From NCBI GenBank assembly GCA_016839805.1, contig JAEOTO010000032.1, positions 202,564-266,563 on the forward strand: a stretch of DNA of 64,000 nucleotides, written 5' to 3'. A program made the position numbers and the translations under genes. Origin of the DNA: Candidatus Hermodarchaeota archaeon (lineage in GTDB: Archaea; Asgardarchaeota; Hermodarchaeia; Hermodarchaeales; Hermodarchaeaceae). Every line of letters starts with the position of its first letter. Within the stretch, counting starts at the first letter, position 1. The notes under the pieces were generated by a model. That model worked only from the letters and a program-made list of their open reading frames with translations, was not told the DNA's origin and did not search any database. This document shows positions 32,349 to 42,900 of the stretch, piece by piece.

Positions 32349-35165
32349 CTATTGGGATTTTGGTTCAGCCCACCATTCGCGGGTTCGGATAAACTGCTTT
32401 TCATTTTCTAATATGAGACGGAAAAACTCACTCTCTGAACGATCATGACTCCCAGCCAAAACTCGTTTAACAACCGTCGGTCCAATACCTCGACCTGCCA
32501 TCGCAATTAACGCAGGTTTCCCATAAGCCAACACTACGTTAGCATTCTCGCGACCTTTGCGGAGTGTTTTTCGTTCTTCTGGCGATAATTTTTCACCTGC
32601 CCTGTGACGACGAATTGCACGTTCTAAAAGATCATCAGTTGGAAACACTCCTGCAACTAACCTTGACTCACATTTCCTACATTGGGGATGTTCTCCTAGG
32701 TGTTTTATAGTACGTACACTTGCCCATTGACCACAATGTAAACAGACCAGTTTGACTTTTCGATTAATCAAACGCTTTTTAGTTTGCTCAAGGATATAGG
32801 CCTCAGGAACTTCGGGCTCGAGAAACTCCCCAAAACGTGCAAGAATCTGACGAGCAAAGGGAGATGGTCGTTTCCGGAATAATCGTTGCAAAACAACTTC
32901 GCCGTTCTGGATTGCCTTCAGGAGATCCTGGGTTTCTTTCAGAGACAGCTTATCTATGTAAAATTCACGAAGCGCCTCTTCAATGATTGGAGTTCCAGTA
33001 AAATATTGTATCATTCTCAGTAATTGAGTACTTCGAAGATTAGCCTCTCGGGAAATGACTCCAAATCTTAATGCGATGTGTACAAACCGTCTAGCAAAGT
33101 ATGGAGACCGTAATAAAATGAGCTCCAACAAATCATCCATATGGGTAGGTTCAAGCGATTGGAGGCCCTCACAAATAGCTTCACCAACTTCATATCCTCC
33201 TCCACGTTCAAACCGGAAAAGAATACGGTACTGGTCAGCATGAAAAACGACTTCGACGCCTAATTGTGAAGTTAGGAGACCGGCAAGGACTCGTCCAAGA
33301 GTTTGATTAATGCGTGTACCGTAGCAAGAATGAATTACTACAAGTTCATGCCCAATCTCGATGTAGATTCTTTGGTTATCTGGGATAAAATCCTCTTCAA
33401 GTTGTTTTGTGATAGTTTTTATTAAAACTTCACGTGCTTGAACATCATAATCGATCTTAAAATCGATGGATTTCGGGTGATCTAGATTGTCAGCGATGGT
33501 ATTCCAAAGATCTGCAACTCCTTTGGCCACGTTTTTCGATACTGGAATTAGTTCTCCACTCCATCGCGGAATTCGACCTTTTGTATGATTGATAGCTGTA
33601 ACATAGACTTTCTCGTCATCTTGTTTGACAACCTCCCATGGACGCCCGCGTAGAACCAGAATATTTCCTCTTTGTCCATATTCTTCGGCAAAACCGGAAT
33701 CGAGTCGACCAATAGGTCTGCTAGTAGCCATGTTAACAACACGATGAAACGGGATGTCTGGAATGACTGAGAGATTTTCGAAATAATATGCATAAGACTT
33801 ACGTCTCGGTCTGAGTATGAACTCATCTCTTGCTAATAACCCCTCTTTTTGAAGGAAATATATGACCTCTGTTATTGTATCTTGTTCAAGTTCGTTATAG
33901 GGCGTTGCTTGTTTTATAATCTCAATTGCGCGTTGGTATGGGAGGGTTTTGTATTCAATAGCCAAACCAACCAGTTGGTGAGCAAGAATATCAAGGGCAA
34001 GATTATGGATAGGAGGTGTTTCAAGCCGACCTTTCAGGGCTTGTTGTGCAACCACTAGACTCTCACAAATATCATCAAACCGCGTAGTTAACATAACCCC
34101 CTTCGACTCTCGGTCTAACTGATGCCCAGACCGTCCAACGCGTTGAAGTAATCTAATAACTTGACGGGGGGATCCAAATTGAATTACCAAATCAACAGTG
34201 CCAATATCGAGACCTAATTCCAAGGATGAAGTACAGACTAAGTAGGGAATGATGCCCTCTTTAAAGTGGGTTTCGGCTTCAATACGGGCTTCGCGAGAGA
34301 GAGAACCGTGGTGAACTCCAAATTCATTCCCATGAAGTTTTGCCAATCTAAGGGCTAATGCTTCAGCTGTTTGTCTTTCATTACAAAATATAAGCGTGGA
34401 CCTGTGTTCAGTAACAAGCTCCCATATCCGTTTCGCAGGTCCATCGAGTGGAGATTCATCCGAATCCCCATATGAAAAGGGAACATATTCAATGTGAAAA
34501 CGAAAATCTTTGGGTGCAGGGGATTTAATAATTCTGACCTGTTCTCCCCCACTCATAAAAGCTCTAATTTCGTCGGGGTTTCCGATAGTTGCAGACAGAC
34601 CAACTCGTTGAAACGCTTTACCTGTTAATGCTCGGAGCCTTTCTAATGCTACCATTAGCTGAACTCCGCGTTTGCTGGTAGCTAGTTCGTGAATTTCGTC
34701 GATGATAACACACTGAATATGTTTCAAGTGCTCTCGAATACGTTTTCCTGCTAAAAGGGCTTGAATTGTCTCAGGAGTTGTGATGAATAGTTGAGGAGGT
34801 TTAAGTGTTTGTCGTCGTCGTACTGAAGGTGAAGTGTCACCGTGACGGACTTCGACGCTAATCTGAAGTTGCTTTGCAATCAGAACTAATCTTCTCAAAA
34901 TATCCCGATTTAAAGCACGTAATGGTGTAATCCAAAGAATTTGTACGCCTTTCTTGTTGTTAGGTTTTGTGAGAAGACGGTGGATTAGGGGGAGAAAAGC
35001 CGATTCGGTTTTTCCATGACCAGTCGGAGCAATGAGTAGGACGGATTCCCCGCGAAGTATGTGGGGAATACTACGTACCTGTATAGGTGTAGGGTTCTGA
35101 AATCCCAGTCTTATGATTTCCTTGTAAAGCTGAGGATTCAACTTTTTAAATACGTCCTCGACCAC
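32349..35165 (-). CDS. lhr: Lhr-type superfamily 2 DNA helicase
   Basis: 938 aa. Motif I APTGHGKT, motif II DEIH, GLSATIGN, HHGSLSRE, QRVGRSGH. Long Lhr-type C-terminal extension with Zn-ribbon CLHCG...CRKCE. Confidence 0.9.
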   Translation of the reverse strand: MVEDVFKKLNPQLYKEIIRLGFQNPTPIQVRSIPHILRGESVLLIAPTGHGKTESAFLPLIHRLLTKPNNKKGVQILWITPLRALNRDILRRLVLIAKQLQISVEVRHGDTSPSVRRRQTLKPPQLFITTPETIQALLAGKRIREHLKHIQCVIIDEIHELATSKRGVQLMVALERLRALTGKAFQRVGLSATIGNPDEIRAFMSGGEQVRIIKSPAPKDFRFHIEYVPFSYGDSDESPLDGPAKRIWELVTEHRSTLIFCNERQTAEALALRLAKLHGNEFGVHHGSLSREARIEAETHFKEGIIPYLVCTSSLELGLDIGTVDLVIQFGSPRQVIRLLQRVGRSGHQLDRESKGVMLTTRFDDICESLVVAQQALKGRLETPPIHNLALDILAHQLVGLAIEYKTLPYQRAIEIIKQATPYNELEQDTITEVIYFLQKEGLLARDEFILRPRRKSYAYYFENLSVIPDIPFHRVVNMATSRPIGRLDSGFAEEYGQRGNILVLRGRPWEVVKQDDEKVYVTAINHTKGRIPRWSGELIPVSKNVAKGVADLWNTIADNLDHPKSIDFKIDYDVQAREVLIKTITKQLEEDFIPDNQRIYIEIGHELVVIHSCYGTRINQTLGRVLAGLLTSQLGVEVVFHADQYRILFRFERGGGYEVGEAICEGLQSLEPTHMDDLLELILLRSPYFARRFVHIALRFGVISREANLRSTQLLRMIQYFTGTPIIEEALREFYIDKLSLKETQDLLKAIQNGEVVLQRLFRKRPSPFARQILARFGEFLEPEVPEAYILEQTKKRLINRKVKLVCLHCGQWASVRTIKHLGEHPQCRKCESRLVAGVFPTDDLLERAIRRHRAGEKLSPEERKTLRKGRENANVVLAYGKPALIAMAGRGIGPTVVKRVLAGSHDRSESEFFRLILENEKQFIRTREWWAEPKSQ

Positions 35166-35267
35166 ATTTCGCGCCTCTGAGATAGCGAGTTCAAAGAGAG
35201 GTTTTTAAACATTGGTAGTAAAAACCAGTGGTATCGAACAATCTATTATCGGAGGTTGTTTTCCCAC

Positions 35268-37010
35268 ATGTCACTTAAGCTTGCCGAAATTGTGGATTTA
35301 ATTGTGAGCAAATCCGGAAAATCCAAGGATGAGGTCCTTAAGCTCATTGAAGCTAAAAAGAAAGAACTGAACGGTTACGTCACTGACGAAGGAGCCGCAT
35401 CACTTGTAGCTCGAGAGTTAGACCTCGATCTCTTTGAAAGACAACAAACACCAGAGCTCAAATTAACCGTCCGTGACCTTGTTGCGGGAATGACAGGTGT
35501 TTCATTAAATCTGAAAGTACTTCGAATTTATCCTGTTAGAACGTTTCAACGTAAACAAGGAGGCGAAGGAAAAGTTGCTAGCATACTAGGCAGTGACTCA
35601 ACAGGATCCATTAGAGTGACATTCTGGAATAAACACACCCAACCTATTGAGGATCAAGAATTTGACGAAGAGGATATTCTTCGAGTTATCAATGGAAGGG
35701 TGAGAACCGGGCTGCGTAATCAATTAGAAATCCATCTAGGAGGAGGAAGTCGAATAATGATCAATCCTCCTGACGTTGATTCAAAAGATTTTCCTAACGC
35801 TGTCATCACCTTTTCTAAAATAAATACACTTGCTGAGGGAATGAATGATGTTCACGCTGAAGTAAAAGTGGTTGCCAAATATCGTGTTACCACTTTCAGC
35901 CGTGGTGATTCAGATGGAACAGTAGCGAGCTTAGCTATCCGCGATGACACTGGTCAAACTAGATTAGTATTATGGGATGAACAAAGTGAATGGTTCAATA
36001 AACTTTCATTAAACGATAGCATTCGAATCGAAAGTGGCTATGTTCGATTGGACCGAAATAATGAACCTGAACTGCATTTAGGTCGTCGTGGCCGAATTCA
36101 GATGATTAGTTCCGCATCTGATCTATCTTCCTCGGTGAAGCCATCGCAGTTGCAGACTCTTAAGGATCTTAATCCTGGTGATTTCGCGAGTGCTATTGGT
36201 GTAGCTGTATTAGAGAACCAAGGTCTAAGCACATTTACTCGGCGTGATGGCAAAGAAGGAAAACGGCTGGTTTTCACATTTGCCGATAAAACTGGAAAAG
36301 TGCGGGCTGTTGCCTGGGGGCAAGCTGCTGAACGCCTTGCTGATGTCGAGGTAGGATCAACACTTCTACTAGAAGGTGCTAGTTGCCGTTCTGGGCTTCG
36401 GCAAGAATTAGAAATCCACATTAATGAATCAACACAGGTTATTCGAAATCCACCGAAATTAAAGATTTCAAGTCCTTCGGATACTCTCCTTATGAGCAGC
36501 AAATCCGATGCCCCGCATCAAATTATTGCGAATGTGATTGAAGGTAATTATGTCACAGTGAAAGGAACTATTGTGCAGGTAATCCACCAAAAATCCGTTT
36601 ATGATTCTTGTCCCCGTTGCTTCAAAAAGGTATCAATTAGTAATTCAACAATATCCTGTCCTAAGTGTGGTGAAATCTCCCAATCGGAACCACGGTTAAT
36701 CGCAAAAATTGTCATAGATGACGGAACAGAAAACATTCGTGCAAGTCTCATTGGAACATCAGCAGAGAAACTATTTGGCATAAGTGGGAAAGAAGCAAAA
36801 ATCCTCATCGAAAAATCTGGTAACGAAGATGAACCGGTTCGACACGTAGAAGATATCTTGCTTGGAAAAGAAGTCAATTTATCTGGTCGAATTAGTCTAA
36901 ATAACTTCTCAAACCAGTTAGAACTCTCGGTCAATGAAGTCTCGGAGGTTAATGCTCTTGAGACAATTAAACAGCTGATGGATATCCACGAACGAAAAGC
37001 CCAAAGGTAA
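35268..37010 (+). CDS. Replication protein A (multi-OB-fold ssDNA-binding protein with Zn ribbon)
   Basis: ATG at 35268 (MSLKLAEIVD) follows a GGAGG; the track starts at TTG 35256. Repeated OB-fold units and C4 motif CPRCFKK...CPKCG. Confidence 0.85.
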   Translation: MSLKLAEIVDLIVSKSGKSKDEVLKLIEAKKKELNGYVTDEGAASLVARELDLDLFERQQTPELKLTVRDLVAGMTGVSLNLKVLRIYPVRTFQRKQGGEGKVASILGSDSTGSIRVTFWNKHTQPIEDQEFDEEDILRVINGRVRTGLRNQLEIHLGGGSRIMINPPDVDSKDFPNAVITFSKINTLAEGMNDVHAEVKVVAKYRVTTFSRGDSDGTVASLAIRDDTGQTRLVLWDEQSEWFNKLSLNDSIRIESGYVRLDRNNEPELHLGRRGRIQMISSASDLSSSVKPSQLQTLKDLNPGDFASAIGVAVLENQGLSTFTRRDGKEGKRLVFTFADKTGKVRAVAWGQAAERLADVEVGSTLLLEGASCRSGLRQELEIHINESTQVIRNPPKLKISSPSDTLLMSSKSDAPHQIIANVIEGNYVTVKGTIVQVIHQKSVYDSCPRCFKKVSISNSTISCPKCGEISQSEPRLIAKIVIDDGTENIRASLIGTSAEKLFGISGKEAKILIEKSGNEDEPVRHVEDILLGKEVNLSGRISLNNFSNQLELSVNEVSEVNALETIKQLMDIHERKAQR

Positions 37011-37073
37011 TGGCGTTTTAATATTTCAAGATGCTATATAGAACATCAAACTTATGCAATGAAGGGTATTCAA

Positions 37074-37352
37074 ATGGGTCGGCGACGTAGAAAAACAACT
37101 CCCAAGCGTCCTGTTCGAACAATTCCATCAATTTTCAATTGTCCGAGATGTGGACGAAATGCAGTTCGTGTGGAACTAAACCGGAATATTGGGCAGGGAA
37201 CAGTTCATTGTGGAAACTGTGATGTACAAGCCACAATTACTATTACACCTCTAACAGAACCCGTTGATGCATATGGTGAATTTGTAGATATTTGTGCAAC
37301 CCAACCTGTAACCTCATCAAAGACACCAAATTCACGAGTTTCTCAGGAATAG
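37074..37352 (+). CDS. Elf1-family transcription elongation factor homologue (C4 zinc ribbon)
   Basis: MGRRRRKTTPKRPVRTIPSIFNCPRCGRNAV...VHCGNCDVQATI..PVDAYGEFVD. Basic N-terminus plus CxxC...CxxC as in Elf1. Confidence 0.7.
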   Translation: MGRRRRKTTPKRPVRTIPSIFNCPRCGRNAVRVELNRNIGQGTVHCGNCDVQATITITPLTEPVDAYGEFVDICATQPVTSSKTPNSRVSQE

Positions 37353-37405
37353 TAAGGTTTTTCATTTTTACCCAACTACGTATCCAAATCTGAAATGGCT
37401 CTCAA

Positions 37406-38107
37406 TTGCTGGTTTACATGATAGTCTGTTGCATCATTCCTGCTTATCAAGAATCGCGTGCGGTAGATCAGGTAGTAACAATTTCTCAGAAGTATTGTGA
37501 CCTGGTGGTGGTAGTTGACGATGGCAGTACTGATGGTACAGGACAAATTGCCCAAGATGCGGGTGCCACAGTACTCCGGCATCACCAAAATCGAGGGAAA
37601 GGTGCAGCTCTAAGGACTGGATTTGCCTTTGCAATAAAACACCAATATGATGTGATAATCACCTTGGATGGGGATTTGCAGCATAATCCTCATTCCATTC
37701 CCCGGTTTCTTACACACCTTAAACAAGGATTCGATATCGTTGTGGGCTCGCGATATTCAACTCGATCTGAAAAAATGCCGTTTGTACGGAAATTAAGTAA
37801 TCTCATCACTACACAAGCTCTTAGGGTGTTCTTCAAAATACCCGTGACAGATTCCCAATCAGGCTATCGCGCTTTTAGAAGAACAGTGTTAGAAAGAATC
37901 TCTGTACGTGATGATGGATTTGCAGCAGAAACGGAGATCCTCATCGACGCTCAACGAGCTGGGTTTGTAATTTCTGAGGTTCCCATTGCAACAAATTATG
38001 GGGATGAGGAATCGAAAATAAAGGCTCGCCGTGATATTGCACAATGGCTTTTAACGCTTGCACGAAACCTGGTTTACCGTCCACGTTTTTTCAGCCACAG
38101 CACATAG
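37406..38107 (+). CDS. Family 2 glycosyltransferase (dolichyl-phosphate sugar synthase-like)
   Basis: 233 aa. IIPAYQE, VVVDDGSTDGT, TLDGDLQH, SQSGYRAF. Confidence 0.85.
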   Translation: MLVYMIVCCIIPAYQESRAVDQVVTISQKYCDLVVVVDDGSTDGTGQIAQDAGATVLRHHQNRGKGAALRTGFAFAIKHQYDVIITLDGDLQHNPHSIPRFLTHLKQGFDIVVGSRYSTRSEKMPFVRKLSNLITTQALRVFFKIPVTDSQSGYRAFRRTVLERISVRDDGFAAETEILIDAQRAGFVISEVPIATNYGDEESKIKARRDIAQWLLTLARNLVYRPRFFSHST

Positions 38108-39051
38108 ACAAACACTACAATCCCAGCAACTAACACTAATACTACAAAGAAAATCATAATCGACGTAGGATCTTGGAGTAAGGGAAAGGACATCCATCTA
38201 AAAATATTAGACCACAATAAGGAATTATCCATTGATTGGAACCAACTTTGATTTGTTGCAGCACAAATAGTGTCAGCAAACATTGTAGTTGATGTACATA
38301 ACACAATTCGTGAATTTCCGTTTTCAAAGGCTGCTAACCATCCTGGTTGGTTACTGATGTGTTGTCCATTTATCGCCACGGCTTCTGAGGTCTCAGCTCC
38401 TGTGGAGACAAGAAGAGGGGAGATATCGGTGGTAAGAGAACCTGCCGCAATTATGATGGATTTAAGCCCCGCTGCAAGGAGGTCACGATAGAAAGTCGTA
38501 TTAAAGTCTGAACCGTTTATCTGGATGTTATAAGGGATACCAATAGCGTTCATAGGATCGATTATCCCATCTCCTTGTGTATTATTACCCTCTAAGAATG
38601 TGGTAAATTGGATTCTATCTTCAGGCAGCCTTTGTAAAATCGCGTTCAATGCTATTGGATTTCCTAGCTGCCTTCCATCAACTTGATAGTCACTTAGCAG
38701 GAACAAAGAACCGCCCCGAGTTACGTAATTCGAGATGACTTCCTGCTCTGATGATGAATAGTTTTTGCCTGGATTAGGAATGACCAAAATATGAGAACGA
38801 GATAGATTTTCTGCTGTTAATCTTCCTTCTTCCAAAATTCTTACAAAATATTCTGGATACTCTTGGAGTTGATCAATGGCTTGTGAAAAGTTTCGATTTA
38901 TAGGGCTAAACAATTGGTCGTGGCTAAAATCAATCACAATCGTGATTTGCCCTTCTTCTCCTGAAGTCCTTGCACCTACTTGAGGTAGCACAAATATCAG
39001 TAGAATAACCACAAGTCCGACAATAATCTGTTGGCGGGAGGTATGGGCCAT
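38074..39051 (-). CDS. Extracytoplasmic protein anchored by N- and C-terminal TM helices, function unknown
   Basis: 325 aa. N-terminal signal/anchor IIVGLVVILLIFVL, C-terminal TM IMIFFVVLVLVAGIVVFVYVLW followed by KKRGR. Its 3' end overlaps the GT2 gene by 34 nt (convergent). Confidence 0.6.
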   Translation of the reverse strand: MAHTSRQQIIVGLVVILLIFVLPQVGARTSGEEGQITIVIDFSHDQLFSPINRNFSQAIDQLQEYPEYFVRILEEGRLTAENLSRSHILVIPNPGKNYSSSEQEVISNYVTRGGSLFLLSDYQVDGRQLGNPIALNAILQRLPEDRIQFTTFLEGNNTQGDGIIDPMNAIGIPYNIQINGSDFNTTFYRDLLAAGLKSIIIAAGSLTTDISPLLVSTGAETSEAVAINGQHISNQPGWLAAFENGNSRIVLCTSTTMFADTICAATNQSWFQSMDNSLLWSNIFRWMSFPLLQDPTSIMIFFVVLVLVAGIVVFVYVLWLKKRGR

Positions 39052-39204
39052 TTAGCAAATTCACCTGCGTCTGATAGGCAGATGTGACAGGTGTTACACT
39101 TTAAAGCCTTTTCCTAATCGGAGTTACTAGAAATGAATTAAAAAATGAATATTAGGTGCTGTCGTCAAAACGCATAAGAGTCACCATCATCCCCTGGTTA
39201 GACA

Positions 39205-39906
39205 ATGGCAACTCCTGTCGTCACTACTGAAGTTCAACGGAAGCTCTTTCATTCACTAATGGTTTTAGTTGTTTTAATCAACTGGTTAGGAGTGCAATTT
39301 CTTGGACCTTTACGCGGTCCCCTATTATCCATTGGGTTTACAGGCATCTGCTTAGTATTCTTTCTTGGCTTTGACATTGCACGTATCCGAGTCTATGGCT
39401 ACTTCCCCTTTCGACATATTACTGACCGTGTCATGCGACCCAAAGAACGTACACGTCTTGGTGCAAGTGTATACTTTGCAGTTGGTACTATGTTCGCTTT
39501 TCTGTCACTTTATTTCATTAGTAATCTTCTTTTAATGTGGTTTAACTTGCACCTTAACTGGATGCTTTCAGGATGGCTAGCTGCTGGTGCTGTTCTCGTT
39601 GCAGCCATTGGTGATGGAGCTGCCGCAATAATCGGCATGAGATTTGGACGCCATCGCATTAAAGGAAACCGCACCGTTGAAGGAACAATTGGTGGGTTTA
39701 TCTTTGGATTTCTGGGGTTCATTCCCTTATGTTATTTTATCGGTGTTCCTTTGATTTACGGATTTATTGGTGCAATTGTTTTAGTGATTGTAGATTTTAT
39801 TGCCTCACCAATCAATGACAATTTATTAAACCCAATCGTTATTGCGTTTACCCTAGCAATTTTTGAAATTACTATTCTCATTTTCTTTAGTATGGGGGTT
39901 GGTTAA
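39205..39906 (+). CDS. Polytopic membrane protein of the CTP-dependent dolichol kinase / cytidylyltransferase family
   Basis: 233 aa, about 6-7 TM helices. GDGAAAIIGMRFGRHRIKGNRTVEGTIGGFIFGF resembles the CTP_transf_1/dolichol kinase signature. Confidence 0.6.
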   Translation: MATPVVTTEVQRKLFHSLMVLVVLINWLGVQFLGPLRGPLLSIGFTGICLVFFLGFDIARIRVYGYFPFRHITDRVMRPKERTRLGASVYFAVGTMFAFLSLYFISNLLLMWFNLHLNWMLSGWLAAGAVLVAAIGDGAAAIIGMRFGRHRIKGNRTVEGTIGGFIFGFLGFIPLCYFIGVPLIYGFIGAIVLVIVDFIASPINDNLLNPIVIAFTLAIFEITILIFFSMGVG

Positions 39907-42900
39907 TGCGGTATCAAGAATCCTACATCACAGCTATCAAAGATGAAGTTCAACGGCTCGATCAGACCGCAAAAAAGGCGCGTGGTAAAGGTCTAGATCC
40001 AACTCCGAATGTTGAGATGCATCCAGCTGATGATGTTGCTGGGCGCGTGGAAGGATTAGTGGGACCTCCTGGTGTTGGGGAACGAATAAGACAATTAAGT
40101 GAAACTGAACCTGCTCAAAGCGTGGCATTTGAAATAGCCCGAGAGATCATACATGGCGCACGTACTGAGGGATTGGACATTGAAGCCGCTGCAGAACAAG
40201 CCATTCGTACAGCCTTGGCAATTTTGACCGAAGGAATTACTGCGGGACCCATCGAGGGAATTGCTACTGTAAAAGTCAAGACCAATACGGATGGAAGTCG
40301 ATATTTAGCCGTCTATTTTGCAGGACCTATCCGTGCTGCAGGTGGGACAGAGGCAGCACAAACTGTAATCGTTGCTGATGCAGTTCGACAAGAACTGGAT
40401 TTAGATCGGTATAAACCTTCAATTGAGCATGTTGAAAGATATGTTGAAGAAGTCGATTTGTATAATCGGCAATCTCATCTTCAATACCCCTCAAAGCCGG
40501 AAGAGGTAAGGGTGGCAGCACGTAATATTCCCGTTGAAGTCACAGGTGAACCCACAGCTGAAGTAGAAGTCACCGGCTATCGAGATCTTCCCGGTGTAGA
40601 AACCAATCGACTTCGAGGGGGAGCAATCCTTGTTCTAAATGACAGTATCCTTGGAAAAACTCATAAATTAGCCAACCTCGTCGTGCAGCATTCTTTGTCA
40701 GGCTGGGATTGGCTGGAAAACTTAGCGCCTAGCGAAACAGACGAGAATTTTATTGAACACCGGATTCAGCCGGAAGAAAAATACCTTGAAGATATGCCTG
40801 CTGGACGTCCAGCGTTAGCTTACCCATCACGGAAAGGTGGGTTCCGGATAAGATATGGTCGATCGCGAAACACTGGACTAGCAGCCCTCGGAGTTCACCC
40901 AGCTACAATGGTGCTCCTAGACAATTACATCGCTTGTGGAACTCAATTGAAAATTGAACGGCCGGGGAAGGGCTGTATTGCAATGCCCGTTGACTCCATT
41001 CATGGCCCCATCGTGAAATTACATAATGGCAGTATTATTCGAGTAGATAAGGTTGATGAAGCGAACCAAATCCGTGATTATATTGCTAAAATTCTGTTCT
41101 TAGGCGACCTCCTAATTGGATTTGGAGAATTTCGTGAGAATAACCATCTACTCATTCCTGCCGGTTATTGTCCTGAATGGTGGGCTCAAGAAGTTCTAAG
41201 TGGTTTTCTCTCAGCATCTTCGGCGCAGCGTGATGAACTATTCCAAAGCGTTGATAAACAAACCTTCTCCCTAATACTTAACGAACCTTTTCAAAACTTT
41301 CCGGATCCATGGCAAGCTTTAGCGATATCCACCATTATTGGTGCTCCTTTACATCCACGATATCTATATTTCTGGGAAGACCTTTCTGCTACACAGCTAC
41401 AGACATTACAAAAATGGACTCTTCAACTTACTGTGAAACATAATAAGTCGCGGGTTATAGAGCTCCATGGTCCATTAGACACAGAGATAGAGCAAATTAT
41501 CGATACTCTATGCATTCCTTGCGAAATTAAAGAGAATAAGATAGCCTTCAAGGAAGCTGCTCCTATTCTTCATGCACTCTTCTTGGGTGAAACTCGATGC
41601 AAATTCACATCTTCACTAGATGACACAATTGATATCATGAGCTATTTGCAAGCTAACTGGGTAATCCCCATTCATCCTAAAGGTACGTTTTATATTGGCG
41701 CTCGAATTGGACGTCCAGAAAAAGCAAAACGCCGAAAAATGGACCCACCACCTCATGGTATTTTTCCAGTGGGAAATGCCGGAGGAGCTACGAGGGATAT
41801 ACGAAAGGCTGAGAAAAAGAGTTCGATTACAGTTGAAACCAATATCCGCCTCTGTCCTAGGTGCAGAGAAAATACCTTTCTTCGAATATGCCCCGAGTGT
41901 GAAATCGAAACCGAATCCATTCGTTGGTGCCCTACTTGTAAGCGACAAACTAAAGCCCAAACTTGTGGAGAATGCGGAAATTCAACCAATACGTATGGTC
42001 AAATCGAACTACACCTAAAGAAGTATATGGATCGAGCGCGGAAATGCTTTGGTGAAAGACTTCCTGGACGAGTAAAAGGCGTGAAGGGGTTAATGAGTAA
42101 ACACAAGACCCCAGAACCTCTAGAAAAAGCTATACTCCGAGCACGTCACGATCTTTTCGTCTATAAAGACGGCACAATCCGGTTTGACATGACAGATGCC
42201 CCTTTAACCCATTTCAAGCCATGTGAGCTTAACGTCTCATCGGAAAAACTTCGTGAACTAGGGTATGCATTCGATAGACAAGGAAACACTCTAAACACCA
42301 AAGAACAAATCCTCGAACTCAAAACACAGGATATCATTATTCCCTATGACTGTGCAAAACACCTCTACCGCGTATCCAAGTTTATCGACGACCTCCTCGT
42401 CCAGGTTTATCATCTCGATCCCTACTATGAACTCAAAGCTCCTGAGGATCTTCTTGGACACTTAGTCGTGGGTCTCGCACCCCACACCTCCGCAGGCGTT
42501 ATCGGAAGAATCATCGGATTCACCCCACTCCGAGTATGCTACGCACACCCCTTCTGGCACGCAGCGAAACGACGCAACTGTATTGACGGAAGTGAAGAGA
42601 TTCTGATTTGGGATGCAGAAAAAACCAGACTTCTCAGACGCCCTCTTGGGAGCACAGTTGAAGAACTCATTAATCAAGAAGTAAAACAAAGAATTGTTGA
42701 TGATTTCGGAACCATTGCAATTGATAATCCCTATCATAATTGGTTTGCTCTGAGCTTTGATCCGGAAAAATTACATCCAATACTACAGCCAATTAAACAT
42801 TGGATTAAAGGGCAAAGTACGAACTGGGTTGAAATCACAACGCAATCTGGCAGAAGTATCAAACTGACACCAGATCATGGCATCTACAAATGGAATAACA

